A DNA stretch of 64,000 nucleotides, from the NCBI GenBank assembly GCA_963762145.1, contig CAVXJS010000011.1, forward strand, positions 1 to 64,000, in the 5' to 3' direction. The stretch comes from an uncultured Candidatus Rokubacteria bacterium (lineage in GTDB: Bacteria; Methylomirabilota; Methylomirabilia; Rokubacteriales; CSP1-6). The position numbers were made by a program, and so were the translations under genes. Within the stretch, counting starts at the first letter, position 1, and every line of letters starts with the position of its first letter. The notes below the pieces were generated by a model. It saw only the letters and a list, made by a program, of their open reading frames with translations, searched no databases and had not been told where the DNA came from. Shown here in pieces: positions 51,427 to 61,936 of the stretch.

Positions 51427-52328
51427 AGTGCCGCAAGTGCGGAGGGGCGGCCGCGCTCGAGCTGCGGCGCCACAACGCGGCCTTCTGCTCGCCGCACTTC
51501 CTCGAGTTCTTCCGCAAGCAGGTCGCGGAGGCGGTGCACCGGCACCAGATGTTCACCCGCGACGAGAAGATCATGGTGGCCGTCTCGGGCGGCAAGGACT
51601 CCCTCGCCCTCTGGGACGTGCTGATCGAGGACGGCTACCAGACCGCCGGCCTCTATCTCGACCTGGGCATCTTCGACTACTCGAAGGAGTCCCGGGCCAA
51701 GTGCGAGGCGTTCGCGGCCTCGCGCGGCCAGACCCTGCACATCGAGCGGGTGGCGGAAGCGGTGGGAGCGCCGATTCCGGTGGTGCAGCAGGCCACCCGG
51801 CGCCCGACGTGCTCGGCCTGCGGCCTCTCCAAGCGGTACCTGATGAATCGCGCCGCGCTCCAGCACGGCTACCCGGTGGTGGCCACCGGCCACAACCTCG
51901 ACGACGAGGCCGCCACGCTCTTCGGCTCCGTCATGCACTGGCAGACCGACGCGCTGCCGCGGCAGTCGCCCGCGCTGGCCTCGACGCATCCGAAGCTGGT
52001 TCGCCGCGTGAAGCCGCTCTACCGCCTGTCCGAGCTCGAGACCGCGGCGTTCGCGTTCCTGCGCGGCATCGACTACATCGTGGAGGAGTGCCCGTTCGCC
52101 AAGGGCGCCACGTCGATCGCCCACAAGCAGGTGCTGGACCGGCTCGAGGAGGCCTCGCCCGGCTCCAAGCACAACTTCCTGTTCGGCTTCCTCGAGAAGG
52201 CCCGCCCGGCCTTCGAGAAGATCGAGCACGTCGAGCTGCTCGAGTGCACCTCCTGCGGGCAGGTCACCACGGGCGCGATCTGCGCCTTCTGCAAGCTCGC
52301 CGATCTGGTCAAGCGTCGCACGTCGTGA
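51423..52328 (+). CDS. ttuA: TtuA/Ncs6-family tRNA 2-thiouridine sulfurtransferase
   Basis: N-terminal CxxC, AVSGGKDS PP-loop, CSAC, GHNLDD, KPL, EECP and a C-terminal CxxC...CxxC. Confidence 0.8.
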   Translation: MKCRKCGGAAALELRRHNAAFCSPHFLEFFRKQVAEAVHRHQMFTRDEKIMVAVSGGKDSLALWDVLIEDGYQTAGLYLDLGIFDYSKESRAKCEAFAASRGQTLHIERVAEAVGAPIPVVQQATRRPTCSACGLSKRYLMNRAALQHGYPVVATGHNLDDEAATLFGSVMHWQTDALPRQSPALASTHPKLVRRVKPLYRLSELETAAFAFLRGIDYIVEECPFAKGATSIAHKQVLDRLEEASPGSKHNFLFGFLEKARPAFEKIEHVELLECTSCGQVTTGAICAFCKLADLVKRRTS

Positions 52329-52350
52329 ATCCTTCGAAGAGGAGATAGCC

Positions 52351-53496
52351 ATGCAGAACGCGGTGATCGTCGGCGCGGTCCGGACCGCCGTCGGCCGGAA
52401 GAACGGCAAGCTCGCGGGCTACCGCCCGGACGACCTCCTGGCCGACACGCTCAAGGCCCTGGTGGCGCGCGTGAAGATCGACCCGAGCGAGATCGAGGAC
52501 GTGGTGATGGGCTGCGTGGACCAGGTGGGCGAGCAGGGGTTCAACATCGCCCGCAACGCCGCCCTGATCGCCGGGTTGCCGCTGGACGTCTGCGGCACGA
52601 CGCTCGACCGCATGTGCGGCTCGGGCCAGCAGGCCGCCAACTTCGCGGCCATGGGCGTGATGTCCGGCCAGTACGAGTGCGTGATCGCGGGCGGGGTGGA
52701 GAACATGAGCCGCGTGCCGATGGGCTCGAACGGCATGGGGCCCGGCGACGGGCCGCTGTCCCCGCGGCTCCAGGCGCTCTACAACATCATCCCGCAGGGG
52801 CTCTCCGCCGAGATGATCGCCGAGCAGTGGGGCATCAAGCGCGAGGAGCTCGACGAGTTCGCGGCCCAGAGCCACGAGCGGGCGGGCCGGGCGATCGCGG
52901 AGGGGCGCTTCAAGCGGGAGATCGCCCCGCTCACGCTGGCCGACGGCAGCGTGTTCGACACCGACGAGGGCGTGCGGGTGCCCGTGAACCGCGAGAAGAT
53001 GGCGGCACTCGCGCCGTCCTTCAAGCCCGACGGGGTGGTCACCGCGGCCAACTCCTCGCAGATCTCGGACGGCGCCGCCGCGCTGCTGATCATGTCGGAG
53101 ACGCGGGCCAAGGCGCTGGGGCTCACCCCGCGCGCGCGCATCGTGGCCACGGCTCTGGCCGGGGTGGACCCGACCATCATGCTGACCGGCCCCATCCCGG
53201 CCACCCAGCGGGTGCTCAAGAAGGCGGGAATGAAGCTCGAGCAGATCGATCTGTTCGAGATCAACGAGGCCTTCGCCTCGGTGGTGCTGGCCTGGGAGCG
53301 GGAGCTGCACCCGGACATGACTCGCGTCAACGTCAACGGGGGCGCGATCGCGCTGGGCCACCCGCTCGGCTGCTCGGGCGGCAAGCTCATGACGACGCTG
53401 CTGCACGAGCTGGAGCGCAGCAAGAAGCGCTACGGGCTCCAGACCATGTGCATCGGCTTCGGGCAGGGGATCGCCACCATCATCGAGCGCGTGTAG
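52351..53496 (+). CDS. thiolase (acetyl-CoA C-acyltransferase)
   Basis: DRMCGSG, GGVENMS, EINEAF, NGGAIALGHPLG and MCIGFGQG. Confidence 0.95.
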   Translation: MQNAVIVGAVRTAVGRKNGKLAGYRPDDLLADTLKALVARVKIDPSEIEDVVMGCVDQVGEQGFNIARNAALIAGLPLDVCGTTLDRMCGSGQQAANFAAMGVMSGQYECVIAGGVENMSRVPMGSNGMGPGDGPLSPRLQALYNIIPQGLSAEMIAEQWGIKREELDEFAAQSHERAGRAIAEGRFKREIAPLTLADGSVFDTDEGVRVPVNREKMAALAPSFKPDGVVTAANSSQISDGAAALLIMSETRAKALGLTPRARIVATALAGVDPTIMLTGPIPATQRVLKKAGMKLEQIDLFEINEAFASVVLAWERELHPDMTRVNVNGGAIALGHPLGCSGGKLMTTLLHELERSKKRYGLQTMCIGFGQGIATIIERV

Positions 53497-53533
53497 CGTC
53501 TCACGCCGCGCCGGCCGCATTCGCCGGATTGCC

Positions 53534-54739
53534 ATGAGCCAGCTCAACGCCAAGAAGCGGGCGAAGCTGCCCAAGAGCGCGTTTGCGTACGTGGATTCGC
53601 GCGGCCGACGACGCCTGCCGATCAACGACGAGTCGCACGTGCGAAACGCCCTGGCCCGCTTCACCCAGGTGGCCTTCGAGGACGAGGCGGCCCGGGAGGC
53701 GGCGCGCAAGAAGCTCCTCAACGCCGCCCGGAAGTACGGGATCGTCCCCGTCGGGTTCATCACCGGTCAGCTCGAATCCCGGACGAGCGAGGCCACCGCC
53801 GGACGGCTGGTGATCGAGCTCGGGCAGGGCGGGACCCCGGCCGAGTTCGAGCGAAGGCTACGCGCCGCCCTGCGTGATCCCACGCTGGCGGTCCTGCACT
53901 GGTCCGAGTCGGCGGGCGCGTACCTCGACGGTGCCGGGCAGCCGACCGTCCTGCCCGGCGCGGGCGTGGGTCGGGCGGTGACGCTCCTCGAGCACCAGGG
54001 GCGACCGATGACCGCGCTCGTGCACGATCCCGCCGTCTTGAAGAATCCGGATCTCGTGAAGACGGTGACCGCGGCGGTCAGGCTGACGGTCGAGAACGAG
54101 CGGCTCCGAGGCCAGGTCGAAGCCCAGGCCAGCGAGGTGCGAACCCTGCCGACCGGGAGCGTGACCTTTCTCCTTACCGACATCGAAGGCTCGACGAGCC
54201 TCCTCAATCGGCTCGGCGATCGGTACGCCGCGCTCCTGGCCGACGTGCGCGCCATCATCCGGGGCTGCACGCACCGGGCCGGTGGCCGCGAGGTCGACGC
54301 TCGCGCGGATGAGTTCTTCGCCGTCTTCGTCCGGGCGCCGGCGGCGCTGGAGGCCGCCCTGGCGATCGATCGGACCGTACGGGAACGCGCCTGGCCCGAT
54401 GGGGTCGAGGTCAGGGTCCGCGCGGGCATCCACAGCGGCCGGCCGACACTGACCGATGCGGGCTACGTCGGCCTCGCCGTGCACACCGTCGCCCGCATCT
54501 GCTCGGCGGGTCACGGCGGTCAGATCCTGCTCTCGGGCGCGGCCCGGGATGCTCTGGGCCGGTCACGGCCGGCCGGCATGCGCCTCCGGAGCCTGGGCTC
54601 TCATCGGTTCCGCGGCCTGCGCGAGCCTCAGGCGATCTTCCAGGTTCAGGTCCCACACCTGCAGGAGCGCTTTCCCCCGCTGCGGACCCTCATCGCGTCG
54701 GGCGAGGCGGACGATCGGGCGAGCGAGGCGACTCGGTAG
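53534..54739 (+). CDS. N-terminal DUF6582-like domain fused to a class III nucleotide cyclase
   Basis: SAFAYVDSRGRRRLPINDESHVRNALARF, then TFLLTDIEGST, ADEFFAVF, RAGIHSG, ARICSAGHGGQILLS. Confidence 0.75.
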   Translation: MSQLNAKKRAKLPKSAFAYVDSRGRRRLPINDESHVRNALARFTQVAFEDEAAREAARKKLLNAARKYGIVPVGFITGQLESRTSEATAGRLVIELGQGGTPAEFERRLRAALRDPTLAVLHWSESAGAYLDGAGQPTVLPGAGVGRAVTLLEHQGRPMTALVHDPAVLKNPDLVKTVTAAVRLTVENERLRGQVEAQASEVRTLPTGSVTFLLTDIEGSTSLLNRLGDRYAALLADVRAIIRGCTHRAGGREVDARADEFFAVFVRAPAALEAALAIDRTVRERAWPDGVEVRVRAGIHSGRPTLTDAGYVGLAVHTVARICSAGHGGQILLSGAARDALGRSRPAGMRLRSLGSHRFRGLREPQAIFQVQVPHLQERFPPLRTLIASGEADDRASEATR

Positions 54740-54879
54740 GCTTTCGCGAGCTCCGCTTCGAGCAATGCCGGCAAATAGGCATGCGCGAGGCAACCGCCTT
54801 GTGTAGATTCTACGCAGCACCGTCAGGTCTCATGCCAGCCCGATGCTCCTGATGTTTTAGCGATCGCCGGCGGAACCCA

Positions 54880-56223
54880 GTGGCGAGAGAGACTCATCAA
54901 ACAGATATGACGTATCTTGTCCGTCTCCTAGCGGGCACGGCGCTGTTCGCGGTCCTGTCGGGGCTGGTGGCCTGCGATCGGTCTCCCCAGGTGAGTGCCG
55001 CCCCCAAGCCGCCCGCGGTCACGGTGGTCGCGGTGGGGCAGCGCTCGGTCCCGGTGTACGGCCAGTACGTGGGCCAGACGGAAGCCGTGAAGACCGTCGA
55101 GGTGCGCGCCCGGGTCGAGGGGTTCATCGAGCGCCAGGTGGCGGCCGACGGCGCCGACGTCAAGGCGGGGGATCTGCTCTTCGTCATCGATCCGCGTCCC
55201 TTCGAGGCCGCCCTCCGCCAGGCGGAGGCCAACGTCTCCCGCGACACCGCCCAGCTTCGCCAGGCCGAGGCCGCCCTCACCCAGCGCGAGGCCGACGTGC
55301 GGCAGGCGCAGGCCAACGTCGACCGCGATCTGGCCCAGGTCGAGAACGCCCGGACCCAGGAAGAGCGCTATCGCTCGCTGCTCCAGCAGCAGCTGATCGC
55401 CCGGGAGCAGTACGACCAGATCCGGACCAACATGACGTCGCTCGAGGCCACCGTGAATGCCGACCGCGCCGCTCTCGAGAACGCGCGGGCCGCGCTGACC
55501 GCGGGGCACGCGGCCATCGAGAACGCGCGCGCCGCCGTCCGCGCCGACGAGGCCGCGGCCGACACCGCCCGGCTCCAGCTCGGGTACACGTCGGTCAGGT
55601 CGCCGCTGGATGGGCGCATGGGCCGAGCCGAGGTCCGGGTGGGCGCCTTCGTGGGCAAGGGCGAGGCGACGCTCCTGGCCACCGTGTCCACCATCGATCC
55701 GATGTACGTCATCTTCAGCGTGAGCGAGCGCGAGTCTCTGGCGGTGTGGGCGCGCCGGCGCGCGGAGATGCAGGCGCGGTCTGGCCACTCCGGCATCACG
55801 ATGACGCTGCCGGACGACAGCCCCTATCCCCAGGACGGCCGGCTCGACTTCGTCGACCGCGTGGTCGATCCTCGCACCGGCACCCTCGCCCTGCGCGCCG
55901 CATTTCCGAATCCGGCCCGGACGCTTCAGCCCGGGCAGTACGTGCGGCTCCGGATTCTCCTCGCGGAGCGTCCCGACGCGCTCGTGGTGCCGCAGGCCGC
56001 GATCCAGGAGAGTCAGGGGTCGGCCTCTCTCTTCGTGGTGGCGCCGGACCAGACGGTGCAGGCGCGCGCCGTCCGGATGGGGCCGCGCGTGGGGCCGTTG
56101 TGGGTGGTCGAGGAGGGCGTGAAGGCCGGCGAGCACGTCGTGGTCAAGGGTCTCCAGCAGATCCGGGCCGGGATCCGCGTGGAGCCGACCCTGGAGGCGC
56201 TGCCGGCCACCCCCGGAAGCTGA
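54880..56223 (+). CDS. RND efflux periplasmic adaptor (MFP)
   Basis: Lipobox LVAC, VEVRARVEG, LFVIDPRPF, VRSPLDG, VDPRTGT and LVVPQAA. Confidence 0.92.
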   Translation: MARETHQTDMTYLVRLLAGTALFAVLSGLVACDRSPQVSAAPKPPAVTVVAVGQRSVPVYGQYVGQTEAVKTVEVRARVEGFIERQVAADGADVKAGDLLFVIDPRPFEAALRQAEANVSRDTAQLRQAEAALTQREADVRQAQANVDRDLAQVENARTQEERYRSLLQQQLIAREQYDQIRTNMTSLEATVNADRAALENARAALTAGHAAIENARAAVRADEAAADTARLQLGYTSVRSPLDGRMGRAEVRVGAFVGKGEATLLATVSTIDPMYVIFSVSERESLAVWARRRAEMQARSGHSGITMTLPDDSPYPQDGRLDFVDRVVDPRTGTLALRAAFPNPARTLQPGQYVRLRILLAERPDALVVPQAAIQESQGSASLFVVAPDQTVQARAVRMGPRVGPLWVVEEGVKAGEHVVVKGLQQIRAGIRVEPTLEALPATPGS

Positions 56224-56229
56224 CGCCCG

Positions 56230-59200
56230 GTGTTCGTCAATTTCTTCATCGACCGTCCGATCTTCGCCTCCGTGCTCGCCATCGTCATCGTGGTGGCCGG
56301 CGCGGTGGCGATCCCGTTCCTGCCGATCGCGATGTTCCCGGAGATCACGCCCCCGCAGGTGGTGGTGACCGCCACCTATCCCGGGGCCAGCGCCGAGGTC
56401 GTCGAGCAGACGGTGGCCACGCCCATCGAGCAGCAGGTCAACGGCGTCGAGGACATGATCTACATGTCCTCCCGCAGCGGCAGCGACGGGACCATGACGC
56501 TCACCGTGACGTTCAAGGTGGGCGCCGATCTCGACATCGCCGCGGTGAACGTGCAGAACCGCGTCTCGATCGCGCAGGCGAAGCTCCCGGCGGAGGTGAC
56601 CCGGCAGGGGCTCACCATCACCAAGCAGCGCCCCGATCTGGTCGAGATCGTCGCCCTGATCTCGCCCGACGGCAGTCGCGACGAGCTCTTCCTGTCCAAC
56701 TACGCCACGCTCCAGCTGGTGGACGTGCTGGCGCGCGTGCCCGGCGTCGGGCAGGTGACCGTGTTCAACGGGCGCGACTACGGGATGCGGCTCTGGCTGA
56801 ATCCCGACCGGCTCGCCAGTCTCGGGCTCACCGCCGGCGACGTGGCCGATGCGGTCCGGGAGCAGAACCTGCAGGCCGCCGCCGGGCAGATCGGCCAGCC
56901 CCGGCGCTGCCCGGCCAGCAGTTCCAGTACACCGTCACCACGCGCGGACGGCTGACGACCCCGGCCGAGTTCGAGGACATCATCCTCCGCACCCGGTCCG
57001 ACGGCTCGGTGCTGCGCGTCAGCGACGTCGCGCGCGTGGAGCTGGGCGCCCAGAGCTACGGGTCCTTCGGCCGGGTCGGCGGCACGCCGGCCGCGCTCAT
57101 CGGCATCTTCCAGCTCCCCGGCGCCAATGCCCTCGACGTGTCGCGGGGCGTGCAGGCGGCGGTGGCCCGGCTCGCCCCCAGCTTTCCCAGCGGGGTCACC
57201 CACACGCGCCCGTACAACACCACCGAGTTCGTGCGGGTCTCGATCGAGGAGGTCGTGCTGACCCTCCTCATCGCCATCGGGCTCGTCGTCCTCACCGTCT
57301 ACGTCTTCCTCCAGGACTGGCGGGCGACGCTGATCCCGACCCTGACGATCCCGGTGTCGCTCGTCGGCACCTTCGCGGTCATCAGCGTGTTCGGGTTCTC
57401 GATCAACACGCTGACGCTCTTCGGGCTCGTCCTCGCCATCGGGATCGTGGTGGACGACGCCATCGTGGTCGTGGAGAACACCCAGCGGCACCTCGACGAG
57501 GAGGGGCTGGGCGCCGCGCGAGGCCGCGCGCCGCGCGACCGCGGAGGTGGTGGGGCCGGTCATCGCCACCGCGCTCGTCCTCATGGCGGTGTTCATCCCC
57601 ATCGCCTTCCTGCCCGGCATCACCGGTCGGCTCTACCGGCAGTTCGCGCTGACCATCGCGGTCTCGGTGGCGCTGTCCGCGCTGAACGCCCTGACCCTGA
57701 CGCCGGCGCTCTGCGCGCTCCTCCTCCGGCCGCCGGGCACGACCCGGAAGCGCTGGCTGGCGCGAACCTGGAACGCGGCATTCCTCCGGCTCACGAACGG
57801 CTACGATCGCACGGTCCGGCGCATCGTCCGGCGGTCCGCCCTCGCGGTGGTGGTCTTGCTCGCTCCTGAGCGGGGCCGCCTACGGGCTGCTCCGCACGGT
57901 GCCCACCGGCTTCGCGCCCGACCGAGGATCAGGGCTATCTCCTGGTCAACGTCCAGCTTCCCGACGCCGCCTCGCTCGAGCGGACCGACGCGGTGGTGCG
58001 TCAGATCGAGAAGATCCTGCTGGAGACGCCCGGGGTCGAGACCGTGGTGGCCATCGGCGGGCGCAGCTTCATCACGGGTGTCAACGGCCCGAACGTGGCC
58101 TCCCTCTTTCCGCGATTGACGCCCTGGTCGAAGCGGAAGGCGTCCGATCTCCAGGCCGGAGCGATCCTGGGGCGCCTGCGCGCGCGTCTCGGCCACCATC
58201 CAGGAGGCCTCCATTGTGGTCTTTCCGCCGCCTCCCATCCGGGGCATCAGCTCCGGCGGCGGGTTCCAGTTCGAGCTGCAGAGCGTGGCCGGTGGCTCGC
58301 TGGAGGAGCTGGACGCGACCGCCCGCAAGATCATGGACGCGGCCCGCCAGCGGCCGGAGCTGGCCGCGACCTTCACCGGCTTCCGGCCGGGGTGCCCCAG
58401 CTCGACGCGCAGGTGGACCGCGCCAAGGCCAAGGCGCTCGGCGTCCCGCTGTCCGACGTGTTCTCTAGCCTGCAGATCTTCCTCGGCTCACTCTACGTCA
58501 ACGACTTCAACGCGTTCGGACGCGTGTACCGGGTCCAGCTCCAGGCGGAGCCGAGCTTCCGCGCCTCGCCCGGCGACGTCGGGCGGCTCTACGTCCGGAG
58601 CCAGCCGGGGGCGGGCGGCCAGCCCCCGCAGATGGTGCCGCTGAGCACGCTCGTCACCGTGAAGCCGATCACCGGGCCCGACACGATCTCGCACTACAAT
58701 CTCTATCGGACGGCCGAGATCGCGGGTGACACCGCCCCGGGCGCCAGCTCCGGTCAGGCCATCGCGGCCATGCAGGACGTGGCGCGCAGTGTCATGCCGG
58801 CGGGCATGTCCTACGAGTGGACGGGCCTCGCGTACCAGGAGCTCGAAGCGGGCAGCCGGGCGGGACTCGTCTTCGCGCTCTCCGCGCTCTTCGTGTTCCT
58901 CGTCCTGGCCGCGCAGTACGAGAGCTGGCTCGTCCCCCTCGCGGTGCTCCTGGCGGTCCCCCTGGGCGTCCTCGGGGCGCTGGGCGCCCTGTGGCTGGGC
59001 GGGCTCGCGAACGACGTGTACGCCCAGATCGGCCTCGCGCTCCTCATGGGACTCGCGAGCAAGAACGCCATCCTGATCGTGGAATTCGCCAAGGAGCGCC
59101 GCGAGCACGGGGCCGAGATCCAGGAGGCGGCGCGCGAGGCCGCCCGGCTCCGCTTCCGCCCCATCCTGATGACGTCGTTCGCCTTCATCCTGGGCTCGCT

Positions 59201-59411
59201 GCCGCTGGTCTTCGCGACGGGCGCGGGCGCGGCCAGCCGGAACTCGATGGGCACCACGGTGGTGGGGGGGATGCTCGCGGTGACCGTGATCGGCGTGCTG
59301 CTGGTGCCCGCGTTCTACGTGGCGGTGGAGCGGCTCGCGGAATCGCGCCGGCGGCCCATCAGGAAGGGCACCGAGGCTGTCGATCTGGCCCCTCCTCGTT
59401 CGACTGTCTAG
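56230..59411 (+). CDS. HAE1 RND efflux permease (AcrB/MexF-like; frameshifted)
   Basis: FFIDRPIFA, YPGASAE, AIGIVVDDAIVVVEN, ALTLTPALC, SKNAILIVEFA and RFRPILMTS. Confidence 0.92.
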
Positions 59412-59442
59412 CAGAGGCACCACCACCGGGGAGGAGAGGACG

Positions 59443-59805
59443 ATGATCCAAGGGCTGCGCGGCGCGACGATCTGGAGCGAGGACCTGGCCAAGCTACTGC
59501 CGTTCTACCGAGACCTGCTGGGCCTGTCGGTCGCGATCCAGATCCCGGGCTTCGTGGTGCTGGGGGAGCGGGGCGCGCCGTCGCTCGCGCTGGGTACCCA
59601 CAGCGAGGTGCGCGGCCGCAACCTGGACCCCGCGCGGCACATGGTGGGCCTCGGCAGCGACGACGTCGACGCCGACTGGACGCGGCTCGCGGCCGCCGGC
59701 GTGGAGTTCGTCGAGCGCCCGACGGATTACGGTCAGCTCCGGATCGCGACGCTGAAGGATCCCGAGGGTAACCTCATCCAGCTCCTGCAGCCCATCGCGG
59801 GGTGA
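59443..59805 (+). CDS. VOC/glyoxalase family protein
   Basis: FYRDLLGL, DDVDA, GVEF and DPEGNLIQL. Confidence 0.88.
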   Translation: MIQGLRGATIWSEDLAKLLPFYRDLLGLSVAIQIPGFVVLGERGAPSLALGTHSEVRGRNLDPARHMVGLGSDDVDADWTRLAAAGVEFVERPTDYGQLRIATLKDPEGNLIQLLQPIAG

Positions 59806-59809
59806 GGCG

Positions 59810-61027
59810 ATGAAGATCTTCTACGGCTGGGTCATCGTCGCGGTGGGGATCGTCGTCACCTGCGTCGGGTTCGGCGCGATGCTCACGCTGAGCGTCTTCC
59901 TGCAGCCCATGGCCGAGGCGATGGGGTGGTCGCGCTCGGGGATCGCCACCGCCGCGATGGTCAACTTCCTCTGCATGGGCCTCGGCGCGTTCATGTGGGG
60001 CGCGCTCTCCGACCGGCTCGGTACGCGCGCGGTCATCCTGTGCGGCGGCGCCCTGCTGGGGCTCGGGATGGTCCTGGCCAGCCAGGCGACCACGCTCCTG
60101 CAGTTCCAGCTCCTGTACGGCGCGATCGTCGGTGTCGCCACCGGGAGCTTCTACGCGCCGCTGATCTCGACCACGACCCGCTGGTTCACGCAGCATCGCA
60201 GCCTCGCGGTCGCCCTCGTCTCCGCCGGATTGAGCGTCGGCTCGACGGTGATGGCGCCGCTCTCGCGCTGGCTGATCACCAGCTACGACTGGCGCACCGC
60301 GATGTGGGTCATCGGCGATCTCGTGTGGCTCGTGATCATCCCGGCCGCCTTCCTGGTGCGCAATCCGCCGGGCGCCACGGCGGCCGCCGCGCCCCTGACC
60401 GCCGCCGGCCCGGACCTGACGATCGGGCAGGTGGTGCGCACGCCGCAGTTCGCGGCCATCGCGCTCACCCACTTCGCCTGCTGCGCGGCGCACTCCGGGC
60501 CGATCTTCCACATGGTCACCCACGCGATCGACCGGGGGGTGCCGGCGATGGCCGCCGCCACCGTGCTGAGCGTGGCCGGCCTCGCCTCGCTCAGCGGCAA
60601 GATCGGCTGCGGCCTCTTCGCGGACCGCGTCGGGGCGAAGCGAACGCTCGTGGCCGGCCTCGCGCTGCAGGCCGCCGCGATCAGCCTCTACCTCTTCACG
60701 GGCGGCCTGGGGGGCTTCTACGCGGCGGCGCTGGTGTTCGGCTTCGCCTACGGCGGCGTCATGCCGCTCTACGCCATCCTGGTGCGCGAGTACTTCGGGG
60801 AGCGGGTCATGGGCAGCGCGTTCGGGGCGGTATCGCTGGCGGCCACCCTCGGCATGGCGGTCGGGCCGTGGATCGGCGCCTACCTGTACGATTCGCTGGG
60901 CAGCTACGCGTGGATGTTCATCGGCTCGTCCGCGATCGGCATCGGGGCGGTGGCCATCGCGCTCACGTTCCGGCCGCCGGGGGCGGCGGCACCGCCGCGG
61001 CTCACGCCGCGCGCGGCGACGTCCTGA
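59810..61027 (+). CDS. MFS transporter
   Basis: 12 TM; GALSDRLGTR and GLFADRVGAK motif A. Confidence 0.92.
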   Translation: MKIFYGWVIVAVGIVVTCVGFGAMLTLSVFLQPMAEAMGWSRSGIATAAMVNFLCMGLGAFMWGALSDRLGTRAVILCGGALLGLGMVLASQATTLLQFQLLYGAIVGVATGSFYAPLISTTTRWFTQHRSLAVALVSAGLSVGSTVMAPLSRWLITSYDWRTAMWVIGDLVWLVIIPAAFLVRNPPGATAAAAPLTAAGPDLTIGQVVRTPQFAAIALTHFACCAAHSGPIFHMVTHAIDRGVPAMAAATVLSVAGLASLSGKIGCGLFADRVGAKRTLVAGLALQAAAISLYLFTGGLGGFYAAALVFGFAYGGVMPLYAILVREYFGERVMGSAFGAVSLAATLGMAVGPWIGAYLYDSLGSYAWMFIGSSAIGIGAVAIALTFRPPGAAAPPRLTPRAATS

Positions 61028-61119
61028 CCGGCCGGCGATTCTCGCTCAACGCCGGGGACCGGGAGCCCGGACAAGCTGAGAACCGGCGCAGGCTCTCGAT
61101 ACGTGTTTCACTGGTGGCT

Positions 61120-61866
61120 ATGGTGACGACCCTCAGCGGAAAAGTGGCGCTCGTAACCGGCGCCTCGCGCGGGATCGGCCGCGCGTGCGCGATCAAGCTG
61201 GGAACGCTGGGAGCCAGGATCGCGGTCAACTACAACAAGAGCGCCGCCGCGGCTGATGACGTCGTCGCCCGCATCAAGGCCGGCGGCGGGGAGGCCACGG
61301 CCGTGCAAGGCGACGTGAGCGACTTCGCCACCGCGCAGGCCGTCGTCAACACCGCCATCGGCGCTTACGGTCGGCTCGACATCCTCGTCAACAACGCCGG
61401 AACGACCCGCGACGGCCTGCTCGCGACGATGAAGGAAGAAGACTTCGACGTCATCATCCAGCAGAACCTCAAGAGCGTATTCAACTGTAGCCGCGCCACC
61501 CTCCGTCAGATGCTCAAGCAACGATACGGCCGCATCGTCAACATCACCTCGCTCGCGGGAGTGATTGGCGGCGCGGGCCAGACGAACTACGCGGCCGCAA
61601 AAGCCGGGATCATCGGCTTCACGAGGGCGATGGCGAAGGAGTATGGCGGGCGGAATATCGCGGTCAACGCCGTCGCGCCGGGCTACATCCCCACCGACCT
61701 GACGAGCGGTCTGCCGCCGGAGATCACGGAGAGCATCATCAAGCTGACGGCATACGGTCGGGCGGGAACCCCGGAAGAGGTGGCCAACGCCGTAGCGTTC
61801 CTCGCATCCGACGAGGCCAGCTACATCACGGGGCAGGTCCTGGCCGTCGACGGCGGAGTGGCGTAG
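61120..61866 (+). CDS. fabG: 3-oxoacyl-ACP reductase
   Basis: VTGASRGIG, VNNAGTTRD, NYAAAK and VAPGYI. Confidence 0.85.
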   Translation: MVTTLSGKVALVTGASRGIGRACAIKLGTLGARIAVNYNKSAAAADDVVARIKAGGGEATAVQGDVSDFATAQAVVNTAIGAYGRLDILVNNAGTTRDGLLATMKEEDFDVIIQQNLKSVFNCSRATLRQMLKQRYGRIVNITSLAGVIGGAGQTNYAAAKAGIIGFTRAMAKEYGGRNIAVNAVAPGYIPTDLTSGLPPEITESIIKLTAYGRAGTPEEVANAVAFLASDEASYITGQVLAVDGGVA

Positions 61867-61936
61867 CTAGCCGGCGCACGAGAGCTCCATTGAGCCCTCT
61901 ACGCGGATCATGCTAGGCTTGCGCGTGGCTGCACGA

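Noticed and set aside
59926-61866. 646-aa ORF suggesting a FabG fusion
   Set aside because: The N-terminal part is an alternate frame of the MFS gene. FabG starts at 61120.
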